Numbered from the whole stretch's first letter, positions 21,410-34,330 are shown. The stretch: DNA of 63,487 bases, filler included, from Octopus bimaculoides (GCF_001194135.2; 4 parts of 4 records of this genome joined end to end with filler, not necessarily neighbours in it); one strand, 5' to 3'. Made by a program: numbers and translations. The notes: generated by a model not told the origin, from the letters alone.

Positions 21410-21795
21410 ACTTTTTATCTTTTACTTTTTTCTGTCATTAGGTTGCGGCCATGCTGGTGCACCGCCCTGATGAATTTTTAGTCAAATGACACGACCCCTT
21501 TCCCTTTTATTCATTTAATCCTAGTTTTCAATCTATTGATCTCTTTTACCGATAAAATGAATATTCTTATATCGGTTTCTAAGTTATGGGGGACGTAAAC
21601 ACACCAATACCGATTGTCGAGCAGTGATCGCACGCACACACACACACACGACGGACTTCTTTCAGTTTCCGTCTGTCAAATCTACTTATAAGGCTTTGGT
21701 CGACCTGACGCGTAAGTAGAGGGTCACACTGAAATTGAACCCGAAACGATGTGGTTAGGAAGCATACCTCTTATCACAGCCACGCCTTCGCCTAT
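21410..21795 (-). mobile_element. SINE family B, diverged full-length copy
   Basis: Homology to family B with an internal (CA)n. Confidence 0.75.
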
Positions 21796-21954
21796 AGTTC
21801 ATATTAAATGTACAAAGGTATTTGTGACTGACTCCATAATATTGCTTGTTTCTATTTTTGGGTGGTTGACCAGAGACTGACACCATTTTACACGATCTCT
21901 TTCTAAAAAGTAAATAATTTTCTTACCTAACAGGTTTAATTATATCCTCCCTTT

Positions 21955-22004
21955 GTCTCTCTCTCTCCTCCCTCTCTGTCTCTATCTCTATTTCTCTCTC
22001 ACTC

Positions 22005-22087
<83 letters not shown>

Positions 22088-22095
22088 TTGTCTCT
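21955..22095. repeat. (CT)n-(CTAT)n microsatellite
   Basis: Directly visible. Confidence 0.95.
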
Positions 22096-22812
22096 ATCCC
22101 TAATTTTCTTTTTCTTTTATATCGGTTCTAACTGTATTACTGTTTATACACTCTCCTCACTTCCCACTTTTCTCTCACACACTCCCTCTATCTCTCTTTC
22201 CCTCTGTGCGCGCNNNNNNNNNNNNNNNNNNNNNNNNNNNNNNNNNNNNNNNNNNNNNNNNNNNNNNNNNNNNNNNNNNNNNNNNNNNNNNNNNNNNNNN
22301 NNNNNNNNNNNNNNNNNNNNNNNNNNNNNNNNNNNNNNNNNNNNNNNNNNNNNNNNNNNNNNNNNNNNNNNNNNNNNNNNNNNNNNNNNNNNNNNNNNNN
22401 NNNNNNNNNNNNNNNNNNNNNNNNNNNNNNNNNNNNNNNNNNNNNNNNNNNNNNNNNNNNNNNNNNNNNNNNNNNNNNNNNNNNNNNNNNNNNNNNNNNN
22501 NNNNNNNNNNNNNNNNNNNNNNNNNNNNNNNNNNNNNNNNNNNNNNNNNNNNNNNNNNNNNNNNNNNNNNNNNNNNNNNNNNNNNNNNNNNNNNNNNNNN
22601 NNNNNNNNNNNNNNNNNNNNNNNNNNNNNNNNNNNNNNNNNNNNNNNNNNNNNNNNNNNNNNNNNNNNNNNNNNNNNNNNNNNNNNNNNNNNNNNNNNNN
22701 NNNNNNNNNNNNNNNNNNNNNNNNNNNNNNNNNNNNNNNNNNNNNNNNNNNNNNNNNNNNNNNNNNNNNNNNNNNNNNNNNNNNNNNNNNNNNNNNNNNC
22801 CTCTGTGCGCGC

Positions 22813-22845
<33 letters not shown>

Positions 22846-22852
22846 CACACAT

Positions 22853-23235
22853 AGGCGCAGGAGTGGCTGTGTGGTAAGTAGCTTGCTTACCAACCACATA
22901 GTTCCGTGTTCAGTCCCGCTGCGTGGCACCTTGGGTAAGTGTCTTCTTCTATAGCCTCGGGCCGACCAAAGCCTTGTGAGTGGATTTGGTAGACGGAAAC
23001 TGAAAGAAGCCTGTCGCGCGTGTGTGTGTGGTGTCTGTGTTTGTCCCCTTCACTATTGCTTGACAACCGATGGTGGTGTGTTTACGTCCCTGTTACTTAG
23101 CGGTTCGGTAAAAAGAACCGATAGAATAAGTACTAAACTTAAAAAGAATAAGTCGTGGGGTTGATTTGCTTGACAAAAGGCGATGCTCCAGCATGGCCGT
23201 AGTCAAATGACTGCAACAAATAAAAGGATAAAAGA
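22853..23235 (+). mobile_element. SINE family B, full-length reference copy
   Basis: Head GGCGCAGGAGTGGCTGTGTGGTAAG..GTTCAGTCCC, CORE-like GGCACCTTGGGTAAGTGTCTT, internal (GT)n, tail CAAATAAAAGGATAAAAG. Confidence 0.9.
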
Positions 23236-23249
23236 ATATATATATATAT

Positions 23250-23740
23250 GCTGAGATGCTTAAAACATTTGGTGGTGTGGGCTATGGCTTAGTCACCTGC
23301 ATTGTAGACCAGGTAGTTCATGATGGAGTCATACCCAATGACTGGCATAGCAGCACCATAGTCAACTGCTACAAAGGTAAAGGTGATGCTTTAGATAGAA
23401 ATAACTACAGGGGTATCAAGCTGCTTGATCAGGCGATGAAGGTCACGGAGAGGGTCATAGCCCAACTGATTAGGGAGATAGTCTGCTTAGATGAGATGCA
23501 GTTCGGTTTTGTGCCAGGTAGAAGCACCACTGATGCTATATTCCTGGTACAGCAACTGCATGAGAAATACCTAGCCAAAGATAAACCCCTATACTTAGCT
23601 TTTGTGGACTTGGAAAAAGCCTATGACAGGGTCCCCCGATCCCTTATCTGGTGGGCAATGCGGAAACTGGAGATTGACGAATGGTTAATAAGGGCTGTAC
23701 AGGCCCTATACAGAGAGGCTGTTAGTAAGGTTGTGAATGT
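23250..23740 (+). pseudogene. RTE-clade LINE reverse transcriptase fragment
   Basis: IPNDWHSSTIVNCYKGKGDALDRNNYRGIKLL..QFGFVPGRSTTDAIF..LAFVDLEKAYDRVPR: non-LTR RT domains 0-3, RTE-like; truncated at both ends. Confidence 0.93.
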
Positions 23741-23893
23741 ACAAACAACTTGTTCATTCATATAAAACAGATGTTTTTGTAGGGTGCTGTTTAGAAGAGA
23801 ACATTGCTTTTGTTTCCTGGGTAAGATTCCATGACAGTGAAGATGGATAGATAGAAATATAGGTAGGTAGATAGGCTGATAGATAGATTGATC

Positions 23894-23954
<61 letters not shown>

Positions 23955-24309
23955 TATCCACCTTCCTATTCACCATTTAAGATTTATGGAGGGTCAAAGT
24001 TGAGAACAAAAACATAACAGTAGAGACATACCAGGAAACCGAACGAAAACAAACAGGGAAGGTCGTTAGACCAGTTTATTTTAGAATTTATCGGAGCAGC
24101 TGTCTTTGAAGACTCATATTGTCGTTGAATGCTCGAAATGAGGAGTAGATAGACAGCCGACAACTGATGAAGGGTCGTTCTTTGTGTTACTTGTCCTGTT
24201 TTCCATTTTTTTCCCGCTGTTTACGTATTTAACTCGTTTGTTTACGTATTTCATGTTATTTGCACCGTTGGTGACGTCCTGTACCCATATATGCATGTGT
24301 ATATTCTTT

Positions 24310-24535
24310 TACTCTTTTACTTGTTTCAGTCATGTGACTTTGGCCATGCTGGAGCACCGCCTTTAGCCGTGCAAATCGACTCCAGGATTTATTCTTTGTA
24401 AGCCTAATATTTATTCTATTGATATCTTTTTGCCGAACCGCTAAGTTACGGGGACGTAAACACACCAGCATCGGGGACTGAACCCGGAACCATATGGTTG
24501 GTAAACAAGCTACTTACCACACACCCACTCCTACG
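24310..24535 (-). mobile_element. SINE family B with the middle deleted
   Basis: The 3' half joins directly to the head at ..CATCGG|GGACTGAACCCGG.. Confidence 0.75.
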
Positions 24536-24798
24536 TATATATATATATATNNNNNNNNNNNNNNNNNNNNNNNNNNNNNNNNNNNNNNNNNNNNNNNNNN
24601 NNNNNNNNNNNNNNNNNNNNNNNNNNNNNNNNNNNNNNNNNNNNNNNNNNNNNNNNNNNNNNNNNNNNNNNNNNNNNNNNNNNNNNNNNNNNNNNNNNNN
24701 NNNNNNNNNNNNNNNNNNNNNNNNNNNNNNNNNNNNNNNNNNNNNNNNNNNNNNNNNNNNNNNNNNNNNNNNNNNNNNNNNNNNNNNNNNNNNNNNNN

Positions 24799-24834
<36 letters not shown>

Positions 24835-25101
24835 TGTATGTATGTATGTATATAGAGAATTAATTACTAGCCTGTATGGTCTGGCTAAATCAAAATGTTT
24901 TTTTGTATTCTTCCTTTCTACTTGGAAAGTTTAAATGTAGTTATAAAATTATGTCTTTCTGTTGAAATGAAATTTCAGTAAATTTCTATACCTTTGTGCA
25001 GCTGAGGATTGCTCTGCATTTTACATTTATTTAATGCTCACATTGCTTAAACAAATGGAGTTGCATGAAACGATCGTACTGCATTAACTTTGGACATCCT
25101 T

Positions 25102-25138
<37 letters not shown>

Positions 25139-25329
25139 CTCGTTATCTCTCCAGAAATTAGCGAATCTATTTATTCTACAGATTTATGAAAGGTTCATCA
25201 TTTTGGTTCATCAATTCAAATTTGTTTTTTTACTGAACTTTCATATTTCCGTGAAATACATCGGAAAATCATAAACAGATCAGTTAGACAGCTAAATTAA
25301 ACGGATGAACTGTAGAGAGGCCTTTGCGG

Positions 25330-25500
25330 TAACTAGATTACGTTATGAAGGTGAGCATGGGTGCCTGTGACTTAGCAATTCAGCAGAAAGAAACCGATAG
25401 AATAAGTATCAGGATTCAGTTCTTTCTCAAGTAAATCATTCAAAGCATTGTCTCATAATGGCCGCACTCGTATGACAGAAACTAGTAAAGGATAAAATAT
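25330..25500 (+). mobile_element. SINE family B 3' part, diverged
   Basis: ..ACTTAGCAATTCAGCAGAAAGAAACCGATAGAATAAGTA.. homology. Confidence 0.6.
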
Positions 25501-25942
25501 TTGAGTGTATGTGTGTGCGTGCGTGCGTGCGTGCGTGCGCGTGTGTATATGTGTGTATGTGTGTGCGTGTGTCTGTCTGTCTGTGTGTGCGTGTGTGTGC
25601 CTATTGAATGTTAATTCGAAATTTCACGTTACCGATTCTTCAAACGATTGAAGTAAAGAAGCCGTGTGAAAATATATTGACGAATATTCGTAATCACGTC
25701 GGAATATTAGTTATAACAACGTGATTGGATGCTGAAAATCCCCGAGGAAATATCCTAAGCATCCATCCACTCAATTGTAATACGCAGAACACGGGCTATA
25801 TTTACCTATTCACGTGCAAATTCACGTGATATTTTCATGTCACAAATATTCTAAAACACATTAAAACAAAGAAGACAACTATTATAACTAAAAAGGCACT
25901 CGGAGAGCGCAGACCCCCGCCAAACCAGCAGGAGCAGCACTA

Positions 25943-26290
25943 CGATGACGACGACGACGACCACCACCACCACCACCACTACTAATACCACCATATCACA
26001 ATCATCACCACAACTATCCTACCACTATCACCACCACCACAACCACCAACATCATCAGCAGCATTGTCATTGCTTCCACTTCAACCACAAACACCGCCAT
26101 CAATGTTATCATGACGGTTACCTTGACAGTCACTTTCACCACCACAACCAATATAACCACTCCAATACCACCATCACCTCAGCATCATACATCACACCGC
26201 TCCTGTCGCCATTATAACCACCGATACTATTTTATCCTCCTCCCATACTTATCTCGACCATCATCATCATCAACACTGTCTCTGCTTTCA
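25943..26290. repeat. Low-complexity (CAC/CAT/GAC)n tract
   Basis: Directly visible. Confidence 0.85.
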
Positions 26291-26639
26291 CCACAATTAG
26301 TTTCTTTACACAGTTGAAAATCCATTATCCGATACTCATGGGACCGAGATTGTTGCAGATTTTTGATTTTTCTAATTTCGGAATGCTTTATTAAAGAAAA
26401 TTGCATCTACAAAACGGAACAGTTTGAGGATAGAAACCAGGTCTAAACACAATAGCTTATAGACATACTCTGAATGTAGTTCTATATAAAGCTTTAATAA
26501 ATTTTATCAGCCTCTACCCACGTTGATTAAAAGGTTACAACATAGATTAAAAGGTTTGATTAAAAGGTTACAGCATAGATTAGATTACTTAGATAAGTTT
26601 CGGCCGAAGTTGACTCAGGCCATGTCTAATTTAATAGCA

Positions 26640-27060
26640 ACACCTGGAAGAGATACACAGTCAGCTCTGGGGAACCGTAGCCCATTCAAACAGAGGGTTA
26701 TTGTTTTCAGAGACTTATCTGGGTGTGGGTGGTTTATATGGTATTTGTTGGGGGTAATCATCTAGGGATCGTTCGAATGCCGGGAAGTCACTTTCCTCCT
26801 TTAAGTGTGTCTGGCACGATGCTGAAGAGAGCAGGGCCAATTGAGGTAAAATAGTTCTGTCATAGTGTTGTGATACGACACGAACATCTCTGTAGTGGAC
26901 GGATGGCACGGGGGCCAAGTCTCGGACGAATTTTAAAGATGGTCTATGCTGATGGAATATTTTTCACATCATACAGATGATATAGAGCTCACAGCGGCGG
27001 TGAAGGAAGCAAATCCTGAGCTTTTTGAGTCGACCCCAATAGTCAAGGCTTGTCATGTCA
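26640..27060 (-). pseudogene. CR1/Jockey-group LINE ORF2 C-terminus
   Basis: Minus frames: RITTL*QNYFTSIGPALFSIVP..FERSLDDYPQQIPYKPPTPR..NNPLFEWA, cf. GP.LFN.LP..FK..LD.FL..IPD.P..PGY. Confidence 0.7.
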
Positions 27061-27062
27061 TC

Positions 27063-27434
27063 CTCTGCAGACCTCCGCCAAGCAGCTCATTTTAAGATAG
27101 ATACGCGAGTAAAATTACTAATAGAGAAACGAAAATAAACTTTGGAAACGGCAACGCCATCATAGGTTACGTGGAAACGATGAACGTGTTGTCAAGGGAG
27201 ATAATCAAAGAACGTAACATGTAAAGTAATATAACGAATGAAAAATCCTTGAAGAATCTATAAAAATTCCCGGATCACTACCAAAATTTCTTCATCTGTT
27301 CTTTGTGTCATTACCAACTTTTCCTGCGAGTTTCATCAAATACCGTTCAATTTTTGAGTTATTTTGCACACAGACAGACAGACGGACAAACCAACGCCGG
27401 TGAAAACATAACCTCCTTCCTTGGCGGAGGTAAT
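27063..27434 (+). mobile_element. Helentron-associated non-autonomous element (HINE/DINE-1-like)
   Basis: Subterminal inverted repeat CCTCCGCCAAG (27072-27082) / CTTGGCGGAGG (27420-27430), 3' hairpin ACCTCC-N9-GGAGGT, internal (GACA)n. Confidence 0.55.
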
Positions 27435-27451
27435 GAAGTTTAACTGTTGAT

Positions 27452-27545
27452 CAGTGGCGGACTGGCCAGGTTGCCAGCTTGCCCGATGGCAAGTGGGCCC
27501 CTGCGCCATTAGAATCCATATATGGGGGCCCGTGTTAGTGTCATT
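27452..27545 (+). mobile_element. Possible hAT-type DNA transposon end
   Basis: CAGTGGCGGACTGGCCAGG..GGCAAGTGGGCCCC resembles hAT termini from memory; no partner end found. Confidence 0.3.
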
Positions 27546-28144
27546 TCATTTCACGATGCTCCAGCTGACCCAGTTGTAAATGGGTAACCAGGTGACGGGT
27601 TGGCGTACAAGGGGGGAAATAGTGACTCAGGAAACCCACCCAAATGGAGTTCTCGCGAGCCACTTTTTGTATTCAGCGATGGAAAGGGTGGATAGTACAA
27701 TATGTACTGTGAATTTCAAACGCTTAGGATCGGTTGTTCGACCATGTGGAGAGAAGGAAGGAAGGAAGGAAGGAAGGAAGATGATGATGATGATGATGAT
27801 GATGATGACGATGACGACGACGACGATGTGGAAGTTGGAAATTCTTTAATATATAACGACAGAAGTGCGTATGAAATATCAGCAATCCAATTGGAAAATA
27901 TATTTAAAAAACTTTTTAGCCAGAGGTCGGTGGAGGGCGATGACGTTATTTTGAAGTCAATGAGGACGTTTTCCTAGTGAAATCAGGTAAAGCTACCCAA
28001 GGTGCCATATGATGATATGTGATCGGGCAACGGATTAAGTCTACTACACAAGATGTTATGCTTCTCCGGCAGGTATAAACAATATCTTTTGTAACCGCCA
28101 ATGTAGGAGGATTTGTGTTCTATAATGGGCCAACTGATTTTTTT

Positions 28145-28220
28145 GTATTATCGTATAAGTGTATTATCGTATAAGTGTATTGTATATAAGTGTATTGTAT
28201 AAATCGTATATAAGTGTACT
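28145..28220. repeat. About 16-bp minisatellite (TATTATCGTATAAGTG-like)
   Basis: 4-5 degenerate tandem units visible. Confidence 0.8.
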
Positions 28221-28764
28221 ATACATGATTTTCTAATTGTATTATTGTATAATTTTTGTATCATAATATTTTAAACTCAGGATTAATTTGGAGAATGAGG
28301 TAGGGAGATGTCATTCTAAGTATCTGAATACACATTGCCTGAATCTTTTTCAAATGAAATGCGAGAAGAGCAAATATGCAAAGCGACTGGCATGTGAATG
28401 CTAATACATGACGTTAGCGGTAAAAAAAAAAAAGGACCTTTGTGAGGAGAGTCTACATGGATTCAACCAGTAGATATCAGAAGCAATGCTAATGCCAGGT
28501 ACATTCAATTCTTGGAAATGAAATTGTGAATGTCAAGAAACGTTGAATATCAATTTAGGAATTTTGTTGTTCTAAATTAGTTGCAATAACGAATAGAAAA
28601 ATACGAAAAAGTCTAAAATATAAGGGATAAAACTTGAACATAGTCGTGTATTTAATGAAACACACACACACGCACGTACGCACACACACACACGCACACA
28701 CACACACGCACACACACAGTTGTATGACGTTCAATTGTTATGTGTTAAACATAATCTGTTATTC

Positions 28765-28965
28765 TTTTATTCTTTTACTTGTTTCAGTCATTTGACTGCG
28801 GCCATGCTGGAGCACCGCCTTTAGTCGAACAAATCGACCCCAGGACTTATCCTATCGGTTCCTTTTTTACCGAACCGCTAAGTTACGGGGACGTAAACAC
28901 ACCAACATCGGTTGTCAAGCGATGATGGGGACAAACACAGACACACAAACATACACACACATACA

Positions 28966-29035
<70 letters not shown>
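28765..29035 (-). mobile_element. SINE family B 3' half ending in a long (TA)n
   Basis: Near-consensus homology; CpGs retained. Confidence 0.85.
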
Positions 29036-29037
<2 letters not shown>

Positions 29038-29394
29038 GCGAGAGAGTTAGGGGTTGAAGATTCAACCCATTAAGGGATAGTATCTATCCAATATACTGCT
29101 GGGAGGGTACCCAATTATTGTTACACTAGTGTTATACCAAGTGCAATAAATGGGACCGGGTAAAAGGGGGGGTACCCTAAATTTATATATCAATTAGAAA
29201 ATGAAGGATAATATGCTGAACTCAACAACTTGCAGACAGTGTATCCCGTTGAATTCATTAACTTAATTCATAGCTAAAGTGACAAAAAACCCCCACAAAG
29301 TACAGGTGTTTATGACAAACCATGTTATATTGACAACCGGGTTTACAGATAAAAGTACAAAGTACATAAGGAATTAGAGAATGAACAAAAGTTT

Positions 29395-29523
29395 AATCTT
29401 ACAGCTGTTTCGGCCTAGCTTTGGCATGCCCCATTCTATCCGAATAGTTCCTGCGGGAGTGATTATCGGAGGAAATGTTGAAATGGGGGTACATGCACGA
29501 TTCGCTAAGCCTCTTCAGAGATT
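29395..29523 (-). ncRNA. Type-I hammerhead ribozyme with intact core and extended stem II
   Basis: Minus strand AATCT-CTGAAGA-GGCTTAGC-(84 nt)-GCTAGGCC-GAA-ACAGCTGT-A-AGATT: 5-bp stem I, 8-bp stem II base, palindromic stem III, GUA cleavage triplet. Confidence 0.85.
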
Positions 29524-29999
29524 CACAAAGAATTTCATACAAATATATATAACCAAGGAGATAAATAAATAAATATATAAGGAAAGAGGAGGAGNNNNNN
29601 NNNNNNNNNNNNNNNNNNNNNNNNNNNNNNNNNNNNNNNNNNNNNNNNNNNNNNNNNNNNNNNNNNNNNNNNNNNNNNNNNNNNNNNNNNNNNNNNNNNN
29701 NNNNNNNNNNNNNNNNNNNNNNNNNNNNNNNNNNNNNNNNNNNNNNNNNNNNNNNNNNNNNNNNNNNNNNNNNNNNNNNNNNNNNNNNNNNNNNNNNNNN
29801 NNNNNNNNNNNNNNNNNNNNNNNNNNNNNNNNNNNNNNNNNNNNNNNNNNNNNNNNNNNNNNNNNNNNNNNNNNNNNNNNNNNNNNNNNNNNNNNNNNNN
29901 NGGAAGAGGAGGAGGGGAAGAGGAGGAGGGGAAGAGGAGGAGGGGAAGAGGAGGAGGGGAAGAGGAGGAGGAGGAGGAGGTAAAGGAAGATAACGTAAA

Positions 30000-30730
30000 A
30001 AAAACAAAACAAAATAGAATAAAATGAAAGGAATTCAAAGAGAATTGTAGGTGCCAGTGGTATTCTTCTAGTCTGCAGGGGTTGAGGAGGAAATCTATGA
30101 GAAAATGCTTGTGTCCGTTTTATGACTAAGGTCAGTGGCTGTAGAAATATTTTTAGCAATGGGGGTTATGGGTATAAATCAAATTTTCTGGGAGAAGCCA
30201 CTAACAGCTAGAGCTTGGTTGTAGTAATTGGCGTAGTTATTGAAGATTTCCTCAGTGGCGGATAGATCGGATATTCTGATGGATATGCCTTTGATTTTAC
30301 TCTCGAAAGTAGATTTATGATGGCTAGATTCAGTGTTGATGTACTTAAGGTATTGCTTGGGTTTATGATATGGGAAGTAGAGTGAAGCGTTTAAATCTAG
30401 AAAATTTGCTGTCTTGTAAGAGTTTTCAAAAGAGATAGAGACGTAGATGTTGGCGAAGAATTTACGTAAGAGTTTTCTAGTTTTTTCTAATGCAGATTTT
30501 GTTAGGGCTGTTGCAATTAACAATGCATCATCTCCATATAAACCTCTTTTAATGTGGGGGAATTGAGTGTGGAGTTGTTGAAGGAGGTACAATCCGATTA
30601 GATCTGTGACCTGAGCAGAGTCGGATGAGCCCATGGTTATATCAAAGAAATTGTTTCTGTTAGTATAAAGGTTAGCAACGGACCAAAGCTTATTATCGAA
30701 GGATATGAGGGTCTGTCTGGCAGACAGAAT
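30000..30730 (-). pseudogene. Penelope-like element RT fragment
   Basis: FDITMGSSDSAQVTDLIGLYLL..GLYGDDAL..NFLDL..PYHKP..YINTESSH..IRISDLS..IF..Y..AL..SG matches the PLE RT pattern (MGS.DGAE...LVGLY.L, GLYRDDGL, NFLDV, Y....SNHP). Confidence 0.9.
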
Positions 30731-30919
30731 TACATCATATATATATATGAGAGGTATTGGTATCCAGAAAATTTTAGATAGCAGGCATGGCTATGTAAAT
30801 GCTACGTGAGGACCGTAGATACGAGTGAGGAGTCTAATGCGGGTCTTGTGTGAGCATGTATATGTTAAATATGTTAAAATGTTGTCTCATTTGATTTAAC
30901 ATGTATGTGTGTATGTATG

Positions 30920-30953
<34 letters not shown>

Positions 30954-31009
30954 TGTATGTATGTATGCGAGTCACAGAATTAAACATTTTCTTCTCTCTG
31001 CGTTTTTTT

Positions 31010-31150
31010 TTTTGTTCACTCTCTATTTTCCCCTCTCTCAGTCTTTTCTGTTGAAGTGCGTAAGCTCGAAACGTCAAAGACTTTTCCATTCTTCCCGAGC
31101 GTTAAACTAATACACCTGCTTGTTGTCTCTACACCTGTCTTTGTCTTTTG
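31010..31150 (+). mobile_element. PLE family-2 terminal repeat with hammerhead-like motif (31043-31080)
   Basis: TCTTTT-CTGTTGA-A-GTGC-GTAA-GCTC-GAAA-CGTC-AAAGA; homologous to the reverse complement of 61140-61300. Confidence 0.65.
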
Positions 31151-31825
31151 TTTTTTTTTGTAAATTTGAACTATACACACATATATANNNNNNNNNNNNN
31201 NNNNNNNNNNNNNNNNNNNNNNNNNNNNNNNNNNNNNNNNNNNNNNNNNNNNNNNNNNNNNNNNNNNNNNNNNNNNNNNNNNNNNNNNNNNNNNNNNNNN
31301 NNNNNNNNNNNNNNNNNNNNNNNNNNNNNNNNNNNNNNNNNNNNNNNNNNNNNNNNNNNNNNNNNNNNNNNNNNNNNNNNNNNNNNNNNNNNNNNNNNNN
31401 NNNNNNNNNNNNNNNNNNNNNNNNNNNNNNNNNNNNNNNNNNNNNNNNNNNNNNNNNNNNNNNNNNNNNNNNNNNNNNNNNNNNNNNNNNNNNNNNNNNN
31501 NNNNNNNNNNNNNNNNNNNNNNNNNNNNNNNNNNNNNNNNNNNNNNNNNNNNNNNNNNNNNNNNNNNNNNNNNNNNNNNNNNNNNNNNNNNNNNNNNNNN
31601 NNNNNNNNNNNNNNNNNNNNNNNNNNNNNNNNNNNNNNNNNNNNNNNNNNNNNNNNNNNNNNNNNNNNNNNNNNNNNNNNNNNNNNNNNNNNNNNNNNNN
31701 NNNNNNNNNNNNNNNNNNNNNNNNNNNNNNNNNNNNNNNNNNNNNNNNNNNNNNNNNNNNNNNNNNNNNNNNNNNNNNNNNNNNNNNNNNNNNNNNNNNN
31801 NNNNNNNNNNNNNNNNNNNNNNNNN

Positions 31826-31875
<50 letters not shown>

Positions 31876-32821
31876 ACTCTGCGATAGATATAAATATACT
31901 AGAGTTAATAATGACGGAATTATTGTAGAAAATGTTTTCCAACGGAAGTTGAAAACTAGAGGATGAAGAGGTAAATAAAAATGCCAAAATTACAGGAAAA
32001 TAAGAAAATTATATTTAACAACCATAAAATACTATTACTTCTATGATTCACAGCAGACGTACATGAAGAACACCATTTCTTGCGTAGACACGAGCAGGCA
32101 CTAACATACCTTAGCCTTCTGAATTTCCAATTTCCTAACCCTAAGCTTAAACCTATCCCAGATCAGGTCATTTCACTACGCAGACGACAGATACTGCGGT
32201 AGACCGCACGCTAAAGTTGTTTCAAAATTTCTTATGACTGTTGCGATGCTGGGTGAATCGTCTGAATTTATCAACATTAAATCATTATGAGACAATGAGG
32301 ATAGAAGAATGAACTTCAGAATACAAAAAAATAAGCAGGACAACTCCAGCAAGTAAGTGAAGACCTTGTTTGAGAACTTGGAAATATTTTTTTATTGGTC
32401 TTAATGGGAAAAAAATAAGCCAAACTTAAATGTCATTGTTTTATAGTATGGCGGCAACTTACCTCAAAAGAACTGTTCGGGCTACAATAATAATGGCGAA
32501 ATTTCTTATAATTGTGGCGTTGCACGGTAAATTTATGAATACTAAAACATTAGTTAAGCACTAGGAAAGCAAAATGAGCTTTCAAATACAAAAGATAAAC
32601 AGAACCACTAAATAGAGACATTGTAGCAGTAAGAAAGTAGAAACGCTGTTGGTTGATTCAGAAAACTTCAAACTGTTTCATTAAGGATTATGAGACAAAT
32701 ACAAAAACATTAATAGGACTTCAACTCAAGACGAATTATTTAGAAAATGAATCTTATAAGTTGGAATAAATTCAACAGCTTCAAACACTAAAGTGTTGCT
32801 AAAAAGTATATAAGCAAAGAA

Positions 32822-32979
32822 ACGCAGCGTGGTTGTGTGGTAAGAAGCTTTCTTCCCAACCACATGGTTCCGGGTTCAGTCCCACTGCGTGGTACTTTGG
32901 GCACGTGTCTTCTACGCTAGCCTCGGGCCGACCAAAGCCTTGCGAGTGGATTTGGTAGACGAAAACTCAAAGAAGCTCG

Positions 32980-33026
<47 letters not shown>

Positions 33027-33030
33027 TGCG
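32822..33030 (+). mobile_element. SINE family B 5' half ending in (GT)n
   Basis: Near-consensus head and CORE-like segment. Confidence 0.85.
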
Positions 33031-33499
33031 TGTGTGTGTATGTGTGACAGAGAAGAACACAAATGGGGGTTTAAAATTCACTACAACTGTTTCGGTCGCA
33101 TTTTATTGATGCATTCACTGTAGAGTGCATCCTATCATAGAACCACCATTTACAAGTAAAATTTTAAACGTTTATAAATCGGTGACGTAAAACCCTGATG
33201 ATGACCTGAAGCACACCACATTTTGGCAACGGAGAGTGACTCAATAGTTTGACAGATAAGTATTTCCAGTTTTAGCACGAAATGCATCAGTGGAGGGTAT
33301 TTACTGTTGTTAAATAATTCAGAATTCGAATTGTATCCAAAAGTATCCAAAACCGCTTCTTCTCGTGTGGAGCTGCTCTAAAGTGCCATTTTAAAATTAT
33401 GGTGCATCCTCTTGAGACAGGAATAATTTTAATGAATCAGCAAATTATGTTGTATGGTATTTGATATACCTGTATTTCATTACCCATTTTTGTTCGTAT

Positions 33500-33915
<416 letters not shown>

Positions 33916-34294
33916 NNNNNNNNNNNNNNNNNNNNNNNNNNNNNNNNNNNNNNNNNNNNNNNNNNNNNNNNNNNNNNNNNNNNNNNNNNNNNNNNNNNNN
34001 NNNNNNNNNNNNNNNNNNNNNNNNNNNNNNNNNNNNNNNNNNNNNNNNNNNNNNNNNNNNNNNNNNNNNNNNNNNNNNNNNNNNNNNNNNNNNNNNNNNN
34101 NNNNNNNNNNNNNNNNNNNNNNNNNNNNNNNNNNNNNNNNNNNNNNNNNNNNNNNNNNNNNNNNNNNNNNNNNNNNNNNNNNNNNNNNNNNNNNNNNNNN
34201 NNNNNNNNNNNNNNNNNNNNNNNNNNNNNNNNNNNNNNNNNNNNNNNNNNNNNNNNNNNNNNNNNNNNNNNNNNNNNNNNNNNNNNNNNNNNNN

Positions 34295-34324
<30 letters not shown>

Positions 34325-34330
<6 letters not shown>

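Noticed and set aside
26585-26630. Hammerhead candidates at 26585-26630, 33080-33130, 33195-33215, 24165-24185, 38390-38420 and 39105-39140
   Set aside because: Each shows only part of the motif (GAAAC with a stem, or CTGATGA alone) and I could not assemble a complete core.
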